From Candidatus Latescibacterota bacterium (lineage in GTDB: Bacteria > Latescibacterota > UBA2968): a stretch of DNA of 16,451 bases. This document shows positions 1 to 13,000 of this stretch, piece by piece (the first letter of the stretch is position 1; each line of letters starts with the position of its first letter). The stretch covers positions 67,140 to 83,590 of the forward strand of contig JAYODI010000014.1 of the NCBI GenBank assembly GCA_038279365.1, in the 5' to 3' direction. Under the pieces are notes generated by a model, which searched no databases, was not told the origin of the DNA, and was given only the letters and a program-made list of their open reading frames with translations. A program made the translations under genes and the position numbers.

Positions 1-1
1 G

Positions 2-1003
2 GCCAGTGCAAGGGGTGTGGCATTGACGGGCGGGCAGTCTCAGTCTGGCGCTTGGGGTGATTTTGATAAAGATGGCGACCTCGATTTATATGTGATCAGA
101 GATGTGGCCAATGTTTTATTTGAAAATGATGGCGTTGGGAATTTTACTGCTGTAACGGGTGAGGCAAACGACGCTGGGGATGGCAATGACGGTGCGTGGG
201 GCGATTATGACAACGATGGTTACTTAGATATCTATGTGGGCAATGCATCGACCAATGTGTTGTATCACAACAACGGCGATGGCACATTTACCGAATTGGC
301 TTCAGGGGCTGGCGTTGCAAATGGTAATCAGGCTTATGGGGTTACTTGGGGCGATTATGACAATGATGGATACTTGGACTTGTATCTTTCAAACTGGTCA
401 CCCTCAAACAATTTATACAAAAATAATGGCGCGAGTGGGTTTGTTGATGTCACAACTGCAACAGGTACTGCAGCTGTTGGATTGAACGGTCAAGGAGCAG
501 GTTGGACAGATTTTGATCATGATGGCGATTTGGACTTGTATGTGGCGGGTGATACGGGCAATGTGTTATATGTGAACGATGGTGCAAATACATTCCACAA
601 TTTGTCTGTTGTTGGTGGGGTGGGTAGCAAAGCCAATGGACGGGGCATTTCTTGGGGCGACTATGATGACGATGGGGATTTGGATTTGTATGTGACCAAT
701 TATAACTCTCCAAATGCATTATATCGCAATGACAGCAATCCAAACAACAACTGGCTTCATGTGACATTGGAAGAATCCGTTAGTGCGCCAGACGGTATCG
801 GTGCGCACGTGATTGCACGTACCGGAACTTTGCGCCAAGTGCGTCAGGTTGAAAGTGGATCGGGTTACCAAACTTATTCACTGGATGTGGAATTTGGTTT
901 TGGTGCGGCATCAACAGTTGATTCCCTGATGGTGAAATGGCCCAGTGGCAATACAAGTTTATTGTTAAATGTTGCGCTTCCCGATACCATAACCATTCAA
1001 GAA
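2..1003 (+). other. Domain: partial FG-GAP/VCBS propeller (5 blades visible) + ASPIC/UnbV domain (743..1003); CRTAC1-like unit 1
   Basis: Five W(G/T)D(F/Y)DxDGxLD(L/I)Y motifs at about 53, 197, 347, 503 and 653. These are followed by NNNWLHVTL...DGIGAHVIA...ESGSGYQT...EFGFG...VDSLMVKWPSG, the ASPIC/UnbV signature. Confidence 0.9.
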
Positions 1004-4000
1004 GTAGAGCCTGTTGTTGAAGCTACGGTTGCTTCTACCTTCTTGGGGATTCGTCACGCGCTTCCAGATGAAGAGATTCAGGTTTTCACCATTGGTGTCA
1101 CTGGAGATGGTACGGACACCGTGTCGGATATCACTTTAACCGTAGACGATGTTGCTTCATCAGGCTTTACACCAAACAATGATGTGTATCAATTTTCAGT
1201 TTATGAAAGCAGTGATATGGTATTGGACTTTAATGATACCCTGTTGGGATCTGAGTTGGGAACCAATGTAACGGCAGGCACGCCCTTTACAATATCGGTA
1301 ACTGGTGGTGCGGCGCTGGGTGCAACGGAGGTGTTCTATATTGTTGCCGCCGATTTGGCAACTGGCGCAACCGTTGGGCATGGTTTCAAAACTTCTTTTG
1401 CAACGGGCGGGCTGACGACAACCAACAGTGTCACTTTGGGTACTGGTTTTGCGACATCGGATGGCGATCGGGTTGAAATTGCACCCCTTGGAACCATGGC
1501 CACGGTTGCGGGTAATGGCACACAAGGGTATCAAGGCGATGGTGGTGCAGGCTTTAATGCCCAAATGAACCATCCCATTGCGATTGTTGCCGATGATGAT
1601 GGCAATGTGTATGTGGCTGAAGAAGGCAGCCATGTGATTCGCAAAATTGACGCATCTGGAAAAGTGAGCACAGTTGCAGGAACGGGCTCAAGTGGCAACA
1701 ATTTAACCGATGGCGATGCGGCCACGACCATTCAACTGAATGGGCCAAAAGGTGTGGCACTTGCACCGAATGGTGATTTGTATATCGCAGATTCGGGCAA
1801 CCACCGCATCATTCGTGTCAATATCAGTGGGTTTGCATTTCGCATTGCAGGCCAAACCAGTTTGCCTGCTTTTGCTGGTGATGGTGCCGCTGCTGTGAGT
1901 GCATCTTTAAACAATCCAACAGGTTTGACCTTTGATGACAATGGTGACCTTTTTGTAGCGGATCAAGGCAATCATAGAATTCGCAAAATTGATTTTGGCA
2001 CCAATGATATTACCACATTTGCAGGGGATGGTACAACCGGTGTGTTAAATGCGCCTTCGGCAATTGCGTTTGGTGAATCGGGGGATTTGTGGATCATTGA
2101 ATCGGGTGCCAATGCGCTGAGCAAACGAAATTCGTCAAATGTAATTTCACAGGCTATAACAGGTTTGACAACGCCCAATGGTTTGACCATTGATGGTGCG
2201 GGCAATATTTATTACAGCAATTCGGGCGGGCATCAAGTGTTTAAAATTGGTGCTGCATCACAAACGTCTACAGTGCTTGTTGGAACAGGTGGGGCTGGAT
2301 TTGGTGGTGATGGTGGATTGGGCAGTAGCGCACAAATCAATTCGCCACAAGGTTTGGCCGTGGGAACGTCTGGACATTTATATATTGCCGATTATGGCAA
2401 CAATCGGGTGCGTAAGGTTTTGGGTGTTGCGGAATCGACACCGGGTGTATTTGTGACATCGGCAAGCCCTGATGCTGCCGATCCGAGTGTTTCGATTGAT
2501 GCCAATATTGTATTGAACTTTAACCATGCTATGAATGCCCCTTCCAATGGTAGCATAGTGGTTCACGGTTCACTTTCTGGTGTGCGTTCTGGTGTTGTGA
2601 CCGGAGGCACGACCAATGTTTTGACTTTTGATCCGGTTAATGATTTTCTCCCTGGTGAAGAAATTCATGTGAGTGCCACATCGGCACTCACGGATACAGG
2701 TTCTGTTGCTTTGGGTAAACCTGAGGTGTGGACGTTTACGGCCAATACGGGTGCTGGACCAGCAAACTTTAATGATGTGACTTTGGATTATGGTACGGGT
2801 TCAGACAATACACGATCGTTGGCTGTTGGTGACTTAGATGGCGATGGTGATATAGACATGGTGGCGGCTAATTATGGCCAATCGAATGGTGTGTATCTCA
2901 ATGATGGTGTGGGTGGGTTTGCTGCAGGAAGCTTTGTGGGGAACAATTCTACCGCTGTTGTACTTGCTGATCTCAATGCCGACCAAGCGCTTGATCTTGT
3001 GGTTGGAAATGACGGTGAACAAGACCACGTGTTGTTAAACAACAATAACAACACGGGCACTTTCGCTGCTGCGATTAACTTTGGTACGGGATCTGATGTG
3101 ACGCAAAGTTTGGCTGTGGGCGATGTGGATGGTGATGGCGACTTGGATGTAGTTTCTGCAGCACACAACCAGCCCAATAGCGTGTATCTCAATGATGGTT
3201 CTGGTAATTTGGGTTCACCCAATAATTATGGCCCAGGAAATGATCCTGCCACTTTTGTTGCTTTGGGTGATGTGGATGAAGATGGTGATTTGGACATTGC
3301 CTTGGCCATTGATGGGCAGCAAAATCGCATATATGAAAATGATGGTACAGGTGCATTTGCTTTTGACTATCCCGTAGGTGGGGCAACGGAAGCAAGTTAT
3401 GCCCTGGCACTTGCAGACTTTGACAACTCAGGTTCACTTGATGTGGCGGTGGCCAACAACAGCGGTCAAATCAACCGCATTGTGCTCAATGATGGCGGTG
3501 GGCAATTTAATACATCACCCACATTTGGTCCGGGTGGTGGAGACACGCAAGCATTGACAGTTGGTGATTTTGATGGCGATGGTTTGCCCGACTTGGCAGT
3601 GGGCAATGCAGGGCAAGGGAATGAAGTGTATCTCAAAACGGGTGCCAGTGGCACAGATTACAGCACACGTTCACCTGTTTCATTTGGTCCTGGCAATGAC
3701 GCATCACGCGCAATGGCTTTAGCCGACTTTGATAACGATGGCGATTTGGATATTGCCCTTGCTGTTAACGGTGGCCAAAATGTGCTGTATATGAATGAAA
3801 ATTCGTTGGTGCCACCGGTGGTGGAAAATACGACAGCAACAGGAACTGTGGGTGTGCGTGGGGTTTTGCCAAACGACCTTGTTGAGGTGGTGACAATTGG
3901 TTTGACGGGAGACAGCACAGTATCTGTAACGGGTGTTTCTGTTGTTCTGTTGGATTTGACTGCTTCTACGGGCTTTGATCCTGCAACTGATGTGGCCCAG

Positions 4001-7000
4001 CTGCTGGTCTTTGAAAGTGCAGACAATGTGCTTGATACGGGTGATACACAGGTGGGAAGTCTGAACAACAGTTTTGCACTTGGAGATACGGTAACAGTGC
4101 CAGTTTCATCGACACCCACTGTGGGGATTACCGAACGATTTTACATTGTGGGTGTGGAAATTGCCACAAGTGCCACGGGTGGTCATGCTTTTAAAGTGGC
4201 TTTTCCAACGGGTGGGGTGCAGTTAAACAACAGCACAAGTATTGGTACGGCCATTGTTCCAGCCTCTGATGGAGACCGTTTTGAAATTGGGATCAATACG
4301 GGTGTGACATTGACCGATGTAAGTAGTGGCGCAGGTATTACGGGTGCTGCAAACAGCTATGGGGTTGCGTGGGGTGATGTGAATGCCGATGGCCATGTCG
4401 ATTTGTATGTGAGCAATGTGGGCGGTGCCAATGTGCTTTATACCAACAATGGCGATGGCACCTTTAGCGATGCTTCTTCTGCGCCATTAAATGCAACCCA
4501 AGACAGCCGTTCGGCCCTTTGGGGTGACTACGACAACGATGGCGATTTGGACCTGTATGTGGTGAACAACAATACGGCTAACCTGTTGTTGCAAAATGAC
4601 GGTGTCAGTAGTTTTGTTGACGTGGGTGACACTTCTGTGGTGGGTGAAACGGGGCCTGGTTTAAATGCTTCGTGGGTGGATGTGGACAGCGATGGGGATA
4701 TAGACTTGTATTTGGTCAACGATGGCGCGACCTTCTTGTTTGAAAACGATCACGCGGCGTTTACCAACCCCAATGGTGGGCCTCATGTGACAGCGAGTAC
4801 CCGCAGCGCGGCTTGGGCAGATTTTGATGACGATGGCGATGCAGATGCTTATGTGGTGCTCAATGGTGTGAACCGACTGTATCGCAACGATGGCGGGTTG
4901 TCGTTTACTGAAATAGGTGCAACAAGTGGCTTGGATGATGCGGGGGTAGGTCAAGGTGCAATTTGGCAGGATGTGGATAATGATGAAGATATGGATTTGT
5001 ATTTGACCAATGATGGTGTCAATAGAGCCTACATTCAAGTGAGCCCTGGAACATTTGCAGAAGTAGGTGGATCTTTAGGTATAAACGATTCAGGCAGTGG
5101 CCGTAATGTGTCGGGTGTAGATTACGATAATGATGGTGATGTGGATATTTTTATCACAAATGACAGCAATCAATCCAATGTCTTTTATCTCAATCAAGGT
5201 GGCGGGTCCTTTTTGAACAATGCCGGCGCTTTGGGGTTGGGTGGTGCAGTATCCAGCCGTGGGTCTGGTTTTGCTGACTATGATAACGACGGTGATTTGG
5301 ACTTGTTTGTTGCCAATGATGGTACCAACAAACTTTACCGCAGCAATGGGGCTGTTAACAATTGGTTGCAAGTGGATATCACGGGTGTATTGGACAACGA
5401 ACATGGAATTGGGGCATATGTAACGGCATATGTGGGTGGGGTGAAGGTTGTCCGTTGGGTAGATGGTGGATCTGGTTATGCCTCACAATCTCCATCTGTG
5501 ATGACATTTGGGTTGGGTACACAAACATTTGTGGATTCTGTGGTCGTTGATTGGCCCTCTGGTGGTTCACAAAGCGAAACCAATGTGGCCGCAAATCAGC
5601 TGTTGGCCATTACGCAAGGTTCTGCTGAACATCAGGACATTGCCAGTTCCAAAGGTCTTGACGACAGTTCTGGTCAAGGAGCAGACATTGCTTGGGTAGA
5701 CTATGATGCCGATGGCAAGTTGGATTTGTATGTGGTTAATAGAGGGCAAGCCAACAAATTGTATCGGCAAGATAGCAGTGGTAACTTTACTGAAACTGGC
5801 CCTGGTGTTGGTGTGGATGATCCAGGAGATGGGCGAGCGGGTGTTGTTGCCGACTTTGATAATGATGGGGACTTAGACATTTTTGTGGCCAATGCGGGGC
5901 AAGCAGACCGATTGTATCGCAATGACGGGGGAACGTTTGTTGATGTGGCATCTGGGGCTGGTGTAGAAGGTCTTAGCAAAAATGGAGGCAGTGAAGGCGC
6001 CGATTGGGGAGACTTCAACCGCGATGGATTTCCTGATTTGTATGTGGCACGTGGGGGCGGAGAAAACCTGCTGTATGTGAACCGCAAAAATGGTGTGTTT
6101 GATGAAATTGGTGTGCTTGCTGGTGTTGCTGATGTGGCCAATGCGGAAGATGTGGCTTGGGCAGACTATGACCGAGATGGTGCCATAGATATTTATGTGA
6201 GCAACCATTCTGGTGGCGACAACCGATTGTATCGCAACAACCGCAACGGCACGTTTACAGACATGGCGGCTACAGCTGGCGTAGATGATGGTGGTGGGGC
6301 ACGGTCTTTGGCATGGGGTGACTTTGATCATGATCGCGACTTGGATCTTTACGTGGTCAATGATGGTTCCCCAGATGTGTTGTATGTGAACTTGGGCAAT
6401 GGAACATTTGCCGATGGCACAAATGTGGCAGGTTTGGGTCACAGTGGCAAAGGTCAAGATGCCGTTTGGTTTGACCTGAATAATGATGGCAAGCCTGATT
6501 TATATATCGCGACCTATGGTGGTCCCAATTTGTTTTATGAATCGGTTGGTGGTGGTGCATTTGTTGAGCGGGGCAAAAAGCGTCAAATTCACGATACGGG
6601 CAATTCTTATGCTGTGGCTGTTGCAGATTATGATGAAGATGGCGACTTGGATCTTTATGTGGCCAATGCAAGCCCGAACCGTTTGTTTACCAATACGTCC
6701 ACAGCCAATTACGTACAAATTGTGCTAAATGGTACGGTCAGTGGTGCTGATGCTTTGGGTGCAGAGGTGCGTGTGGTGGCGGGCACATTGGCACAAGATC
6801 AAATTTATGAAGCCTCAACTTTGCACTATGGTTTAAACACTGAAACGTCTATAGATACGGTGTTGGTAGAATGGCCTTCGGGGCTGAAGAGTGTATTGGT
6901 CAATCAATCGGTCAATCAAGTGTTGACCTTAACGGAACCAAGCTTGGATGGGTTTACCGATGTGACTGCAACGGCCAATGTGCTCAATACCGAAGATGTG

Positions 7001-10000
7001 TATGGTGCTTCTTGGTATGATTATGATGACGACGGCGATCAAGACTTGTTCTTGGCAGTATCCAATGGCACTAACTCGCTGTATCAAAATACGGGGGCCA
7101 GTGGTTTTACAGATGAGACTGTTGCAGTTGGTTTGTCTGATGGTGTTGCAGATCGGCGCAGTGCGGTATGGGGAGATTTCGACAGCGATGGCGATGCCGA
7201 TTTGTATGTGGGTGTGAATGGGGCGAACAATTTATTGTATCGCAATGATGGCGGTGTCTTTAGCGACGTGGCCAATGTTGCGGGCGTGGATGAAAATGGG
7301 CCTGCCTTAGCGGTTTCTTGGACCGATGTGAACAATGATGGCAACTTGGATCTGCTTTTGGTGAACGATGGTGCTGCATTCCTTTATGCCAACAATGGTG
7401 ATGGCACGTTTTCAAGCTTGGGGTCCAATCCCATCTTTAGTGGCAGTTTTCAAAGTGCGGCTTGGTCTGATTATAACAATGATGGTTTTCAAGACCTGTA
7501 TTTGACCGTAGATGGCAGCAACAATCTGTTGTATAAAAACAATCAGGATGAAACCTTTACCGATATGGCTTCTACGACAGGTGTGACTGGTGGCACGGCC
7601 AACCGGGGGGCAAGTTGGGCAGATTATAATAATGATGGTTATTTAGACCTGTATGTGGCGCAATCCAATGCGTCGAATATTTTGTATCAGGGCAGTTCAA
7701 CAAATACGTTTTCGGATGTCAGTGCATTTGCCGAAGTTGACGGTGTCAATGCGGGACGAGCTGTTTCTTGGGCCGATTATAACAACGACACATTTCTCGA
7801 TTTGTATGTCACCAACGATGGTGATGACAATGTGCTGTATTTGAACTTTGGTGATGGCACATTTGGTGACGTCTCAGATTATGCTGGTGTTGCAGATACC
7901 ACAGCAAACAATGGGGCGGCTTGGGCCGACTATGATGGTGATGGCGACTTGGATTTGTTTGTGGCGGCACTTGGTGATACCAGCAGGCTGTATGAAAATG
8001 ATACAACGGGCAACAATTGGCTCAAGTTGGTGCTCAGCCCTGTGGGCAGTGCCAGTGGTATCGGCACGCGTGTGGATGTGTTGGCATCGTCCAATGTGTA
8101 TCGCCGCGATGTGGTGGCCGATGTGAATCAGAATGGGTCTGAAGTGGTGTTGGGTTTGGGCAGTGATTCATTTGTGGATAGTATTTATGTAAGTTGGCCA
8201 TCGGGGCTCACGGTTGCATTGGGCAATGAGTCAGCAAACCAAATATTAGAAGTGGATGAAGTTGGCGACGTCTTTAAAGAAGTTGCAAATGCAGTAGGTT
8301 TACAAGATGGAGGAGCTGGCTTTGGTGCGGCTTGGGCTGATTTTGATGGTGATGAAGACTTAGACGTTTATGTGACGAACACAGGTGCCAATGCTTTATA
8401 TGAAAATGACGGTTTGGGTGAATTTTCAAATGTCGCTTCTGCGCTGGGTGTAGATGGCAGTGGCACAAGTCACGGGGTTGCCTGGGCAGATTACGACAAT
8501 GATGGCGACTTGGATCTTTATGTGGTCAATGATGGATCTGCAAATAAGTTATACGAGAACAATGGTACAGGCTCATTTTCAGATATTTCATCTTCTGCTT
8601 TGGTCGGAGATACGGGCACGGGTTGGGGTGTTTCTTGGATAGATTACAATTTGGATGGTGCCGTTGATTTGTATGTGCTTCGTGACTTTGAAAGCAATTT
8701 GTTATACCACAACAACAATGATGGCACGTTTACCGATCAGGCTGGTGGTGCGGGTGTAAATGATTCGGGAGCAGGTCGCGTTGGTGCGTGGGCAGATTAT
8801 GATGAAGATGGTTATGCAGATGTGTTTGTGGCCAATGATGGAACGAACTTCTTATATCACAACAATGGCGATGGCACATTTACTGAAGAGAGTTCTGGGG
8901 CCGGTGTCAGTGGTTCGGGAACAAGTTTGGCTGTCAATTGGGTGGATTATGATGGGGATGCCGTGTTGGATTTGTATGTGGTTAACAATGATGGTGCAAA
9001 TGTGTTATATCACAACAATGGCAATGGCACATTTGGTGACGTAAGCACATCCTCAGGCTTGGACAGTGGTTTTGCGGGTGTTGGATCTGCTTGGGCCGAT
9101 TACGACTTTGATGGTGATTACGATGTTTACATTACAAATGATGCGGGCATTGCAAATCAGTTGTTTGCCAACAATGGTTTGGGTGTGTTTGCCGAAGTCA
9201 CGGCCAGTGCCGGTGGTGTAGATTATAACAAGGGCCAATCGGCAAGTTGGGTGGATTATGATGGCGATGGCGACCTTGATTTATATGTTGTGAATCAATC
9301 GCCCAACCGTTTGTATGAAAACAAAGGCACCACAAACAACCACATTGAAGTAACGTTGGGTGCGTCAACAAGCAATGTTGCAGGCATTGGCACGGTCATT
9401 TATGCTTGGTTGAATGGTGAGGCCCAAGTTCAGATTGTAGATGGTGGTTCTGGGTTTTTGTCTCAGGTATTGGCTCCAACGCGCTTTGGCATTGAAACGG
9501 CTTCCGTAATTGACAGTGTGGTGGTCGAATTCCCCAGTGGTCAGCGCCGTGTTTTGACATCTGTAAGTGCTGGGCAAACAGTTTTGGCCGAAGAGAATCG
9601 TGATCCTGTTGCCGCTGCGCCAGATTTAGATATGGACGAAGATGATGAGTTGCTGATTTCACTGGCAGGTACAGACAGTGATGGTGATGTGCTCAAAGCC
9701 GTGATTACGTTGTTGCCTGCCAAAGGTGTGTTGTATCAAACCCCTGATGGAAGCAACAGGGGCGATGCCATTACAACGGTATTAGATACCGTTACAGATG
9801 CGTCTGGTCGTGTGATTTTTGTGCCACAGGCTGATTCAAGCGGTGCGCCATACGATTCGTTTGCCTTCAAATTGTGGGATGGCAAAGCGGCTTCCAATAT
9901 TGATACGATTTCAGTTACCGTAAATGCAGTAGAGGATATTCCTGTTGCAGAAGATGATACCTTTACCATTTTGGAAGATGTCGTGACAAGCTTTAATGTA

Positions 10001-13000
10001 TTGCTCAATGACAGCGATTCCGATGGTGATGTGTTAACAATCGTTCTGGTAGATGACGTTGTCGGCGGAACGGCCTCAATTGTGTCAGATGAAGTGCTCT
10101 TTACACCAACTGCACAGTTTAGTGGCACGGGTGGATTTACTTATTTGATTGAAGATGGTGCTGGCAATCAAGATGAAGCAACTGTTGTGGTAAATGTTGG
10201 TGCAGTGGATGATGTTCCAGTTGCTACAAATGACAGCTTTACAATTGCCGAAGACACACCAACTGAGTTGGATGTGTTGGAAAATGATACGGAATCTGAT
10301 GGAGATGCTCTCACGATTGTTGAGATATATGATGTAACTGGTGGAACCGCATCATTAACCAGTGATGATCTGGTGTTGTTTACGCCCGTAACAGATACCG
10401 TTGGGGTGTTTGGGTTTTCATATGTGATTGAAGATGTTTCAAGCAACCGAGACACTGCCGATGTGGTGGTTACTGTTACTGCCGTTACGGATGGCCCTTT
10501 GGCGGTTGACGATGCATTTGAGATTCTGGAAGATACGCCGACCAGTTTGCTAGTTTTGGATAATGACAGGCACCCCGATGGTTTGGCAATGGAAGTGATT
10601 GATGTTTTGGATGTGGTGGGTGGCACTGCGCAAATTGACACAGAAACAGGTGAAGTGATCTTTTCACCCGACTTTCAATTTGTGGGGGCGGGGAGTTTTG
10701 TTTATGAAATAGTTGATGCATTAGGCCAAACCGATTTTGGGTCGGTCACTGTAGATGTATTGTTTGTAAATGATTTGCCAACTGTTGGTGAAGATGTTGT
10801 AGAAGTGGGACAAGGGGGGGCAGTAACGATTGATGTGCTGGCCAACGATGTCGATGCAGAAGGGGCCACATTGACTGTCGTGGGGGTGGGCACACCCGGG
10901 CATGGGTCGGCTTCTGTGGTAGATGGTTCAATTGTCTATACACCCGATCCTGCTTATTTTGGCGAAGACAGTTTTATATATACCGCCGATGATGGTTCGG
11001 GTGGGCAATCTGAAGGAACCGTTGTTGTGACGGTGATTCGGGCAAATACCTTGCCGGTGGCCACAGATGACAACATTGTGCTGACACCCGAAGAAACAAC
11101 GGCAACCTTTGATGTGCGCAGCAATGATGTGGATGAAAATGGGGATGTTTTAACGGTTGTCGAAATTGGGGCGCCTGCCAATGGTTCGGCTGCAATAAAT
11201 AGCGATGGCACCATTTTTTATCGCCGCAACACAGGTTTTAATGGTACGGATGGATTTGATTATATCATTAGTGATGGATACGGTGGAACGGCCACAGGCA
11301 AAGTAATCATTGTGGCACAAGCACCTGCAGGTGCTCCTATTGCGGCAAATGATGTGGCCAATACGGGAGAAGAAGTGCCTGTAACCATTGGGGTATTGGG
11401 CAACGATCAAGATGGTGGTGCACCCCCCTTGTCTGTGAGTGGAGCTGGAGGCACCAGCAATGCCACGGTGGTTGTTAATGGTGATGGCACCATTACATAT
11501 ACGCCCAACCCCAATTTTGGTGGTTTGGATAGCTTTACTTACACCATTACCAATGGCGCTGGTCTCACGGCTTCTGCGCGCGTAGATGTTCAGGTAACAG
11601 GTCAAAATGATCCACCCGTAATAGAAACATTTGAGATTGTCAGCGTGCTTGAAAACACCATTGCAGTTGTTGATTTGTCTGGTGCAGCTTTTGACCCAGA
11701 CAACAGCTTGGATCAATTGCGCTGGGAAGTGTTGGGTGTAACTGCCCCCATTGTTTTTGCTGAAATTAATGGACATATTTTACGAGCAACGCCTGGTCTT
11801 GAAGCAAGTGGTACGGGTAGTGTTCAGTTGGCATTGATAGATAAGGACGGTGCCAGGGTTGAGGGTGAAATTTCGATTTTCTTCCAAGATGTGAATGATC
11901 CGCCATTGTTCAACGAAACAGGGTTTGCCCCAGCAGACGGTGCTGTGGGTGTGCCGCGTTCTGTGGTTTTGGCTTGGGATGTCAAAGATCCTGACGGGCC
12001 TCAATTGCTTTACACCGTTCGTTTGGGGCGACAAGCCAATATTTTGAATACCGCAGCCCGAAATATTACGTCACCCAATTTTGCATTTGCAGCCAATTAT
12101 GGTGAAACGTGGTTTTGGCAAGTTGTGGTGACGGATGGCACCACAGAAATTACCAGTGGCGTGATGGGATTAACTGTTCAGGCCGATACCCGTCCGCCAA
12201 CGATCAGTCGGATAGATGTAGTGGATGTAACCGAAACGGGCGCGCGCATTGTTTGGGCTACGGACAAGGTGGGTAGCAGTCAAGTCTTGTTTGGAACGTC
12301 TCCCTCTTTGTCTGGTGCATCTGAAGCTTTGGGGGCCGATGGTTTGGATCACTCGGTGACTTTGCCAACGTTATTACCAGATGCATTGTATTACTTCAAA
12401 GTGATTACGGTCGATGCTTTGGGTAACCGTGGTGAAGGAGATATTCGAGAATTTGCAACATTGCGTGCTGCAGACAAGTTGCCACCAGGGTTTGTGGCTG
12501 GGCCATTTGTAGAAGGTGTGGATGATCGTTCGGCCAGCGTACGTTTTGAAACCGATGAGTTGTCTGTGGCTGTTGTGACATTGTCGGGGCCAACTGGCAA
12601 CCAAGAAATCACGTTGGATACGCCAAGTTTGGTCCATATTGCTTCCTTTGGTGGTTTGGTCGGTGCCACAGATTACAGCATAAATGTTACACTTTCAGAT
12701 GTGGCAGGAAACACGTCAAGTAGTGGTGCGTTGCCCTTTAAAACGTTGCTTGCACCCGATATTATCCCACCCGTGTTTATTCAACGTCCAAATGTGGTTG
12801 CCACACATATTGGTGCCACATTAAACTTTGCAGTCAATGAACCCGCCAAAGCGGTGGTCAACTTTGGGTTGGCTGGTGGGGCATTGGGCAGTCAAACAAC
12901 GGGTGGTGGTGTCAATGTTGGATTTGGCATTGTCTTGGGCGGACTGGATCCAAACATCACTTACAGTTATGAAGTTGTGGTGACAGACTTGGCCAATAAT

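Noticed and set aside
3038-3052. aacaacaataacaac microsatellite-like run
   Set aside because: It is an imperfect run that simply encodes five Asn residues in a propeller loop.
53-9300. Recurring gatggcgacttggat-like DNA motif at ~150 nt spacing resembling a CRISPR array or DGR template/variable repeat
   Set aside because: It encodes the FG-GAP DGDLD motif with mostly synonymous variation. The copies are not identical, I saw no adenine-specific mismatch pattern, and there are no cas or reverse-transcriptase genes in the window.
9758-9766. RGD tripeptide in an inserted loop of the first cadherin-like repeat, in a protein with integrin-alpha-like FG-GAP propellers
   Set aside because: About one RGD is expected by chance in a protein of more than 5,000 aa that is this rich in Gly and Asp. 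It would be worth revisiting only if conserved in homologues.
10814-10820. G7 homopolymer (also a C6 run near 11423) as a possible phase-variation tract
   Set aside because: The runs are short, in frame, and explained by Gly-Gly-Ala or Pro-Pro codons. There is no evidence of slippage.
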